Assembly: GCA_965178125.1 (NCBI GenBank)
Contig: OZ237776.1
Span: 186,001 to 250,000, forward strand
Length of the DNA stretch: 64,000 bases
Reading direction: 5' to 3'
Source: Bilabrum cf. latius
Lineage: Eukaryota
Shown in pieces: positions 63,791-64,000 of this stretch (position 1 is its first letter; each line of letters begins with the position of its first letter). The translations under genes and the position numbers were made by a program. Below the pieces are notes generated by a model that had not been told where the DNA came from, did not search any database, and saw only the letters and a list, made by a program, of their open reading frames with translations.

Positions 63791-63841
63791 TATAGAATAC
63801 GAAAATAATCCTTAAGGTACGATACGGGGCATCTCAATTTT
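63791..63841 (-). promoter_or_regulatory. Putative promoter of the SF3 helicase (AAAATTGA plus shared block)
   Basis: Near-identical to 62080-62132. Confidence 0.65.
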
Positions 63842-64000
63842 CTATATCCCACTCCAAAATTAAATTAGGAGCAATTTCTTGGATTTTATTCTTTGGTTCC
63901 CACGTCCAATGTTCTGGTTCTGGAAAATCTTTCCATTCGATTTGATACTCTGTTTCGTTCTCGGATTTTATCTTTTTTGGGAGAAAGATTGTCTGAGCAT
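63834..64000 (-). CDS. 3' end of a chromodomain-containing gene, probably the rve integrase (partial)
   Basis: EYQIEWKDFPEPEHWTWEPKNKI matches the chromodomain pattern Y.IKW...TWEP..NI. The mavirus integrase carries a C-terminal chromodomain, but the catalytic domain is outside the window. Confidence 0.7.
   Translation of the reverse strand, partial: AQTIFLPKKIKSENETEYQIEWKDFPEPEHWTWEPKNKIQEIAPNLILEWDIEN

Larger units (their letters stand above)
48791..64000. mobile_element. Endogenous virophage (provirophage; EMALE/mavirus-like replication-integration module), right end outside the window
   Basis: Abrupt GC drop and dense intronless genes. All four virophage core genes (MCP, penton, ATPase, protease) plus pPolB, SF3 helicase and a chromodomain-bearing gene end. 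Confidence 0.95.

Noticed and set aside
14832-64000. Reading the fragmented ORFs as pseudogenes or a decayed virus
   Set aside because: Interruptions are exclusively TAG, never TAA, TGA or frameshifts. Catalytic motifs are intact and the TAGs align with Gln.
1-64000. Naming the host species (e.g. Cafeteria burkhardae)
   Set aside because: No marker gene is in the window, and that species is annotated with the standard code as far as I know; only a general resemblance can be claimed.

Overview
Eukaryotic (protist) genomic DNA in two parts: a GC-rich host part (1 to ~48790, with short GT-AG introns) and an AT-rich endogenous virophage (~48791 to beyond the window end). The main result is a non-standard genetic code: TAG encodes Gln while TAA and TGA remain stops, in both the host and the virus. 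The supplied ORF track is fragmented for this reason. Read with TAG=Q, the host part contains a 2490-aa NAK kinase-ANTH-TKL kinase gene, a 1446-aa signal peptide-JmjC-Cys-repeat-TM gene, and six paralogous hybrid histidine kinases whose 8-TM sensor looks like a microbial-rhodopsin fold lacking the retinal Lys. It also has a convergent pair of paralogous hypothetical genes separated by a 79-bp minisatellite that was amplified from the 3' end of one of them. The sixth kinase gene is cut by the virophage. The virophage has intact MCP, penton, packaging ATPase, Cys protease, pPolB, SF3 helicase and Zn-ribbon genes, several accessory genes, and the chromodomain end of a probable rve integrase. All translations and alignments were done by eye; family names rest on motif recognition, not database searches.
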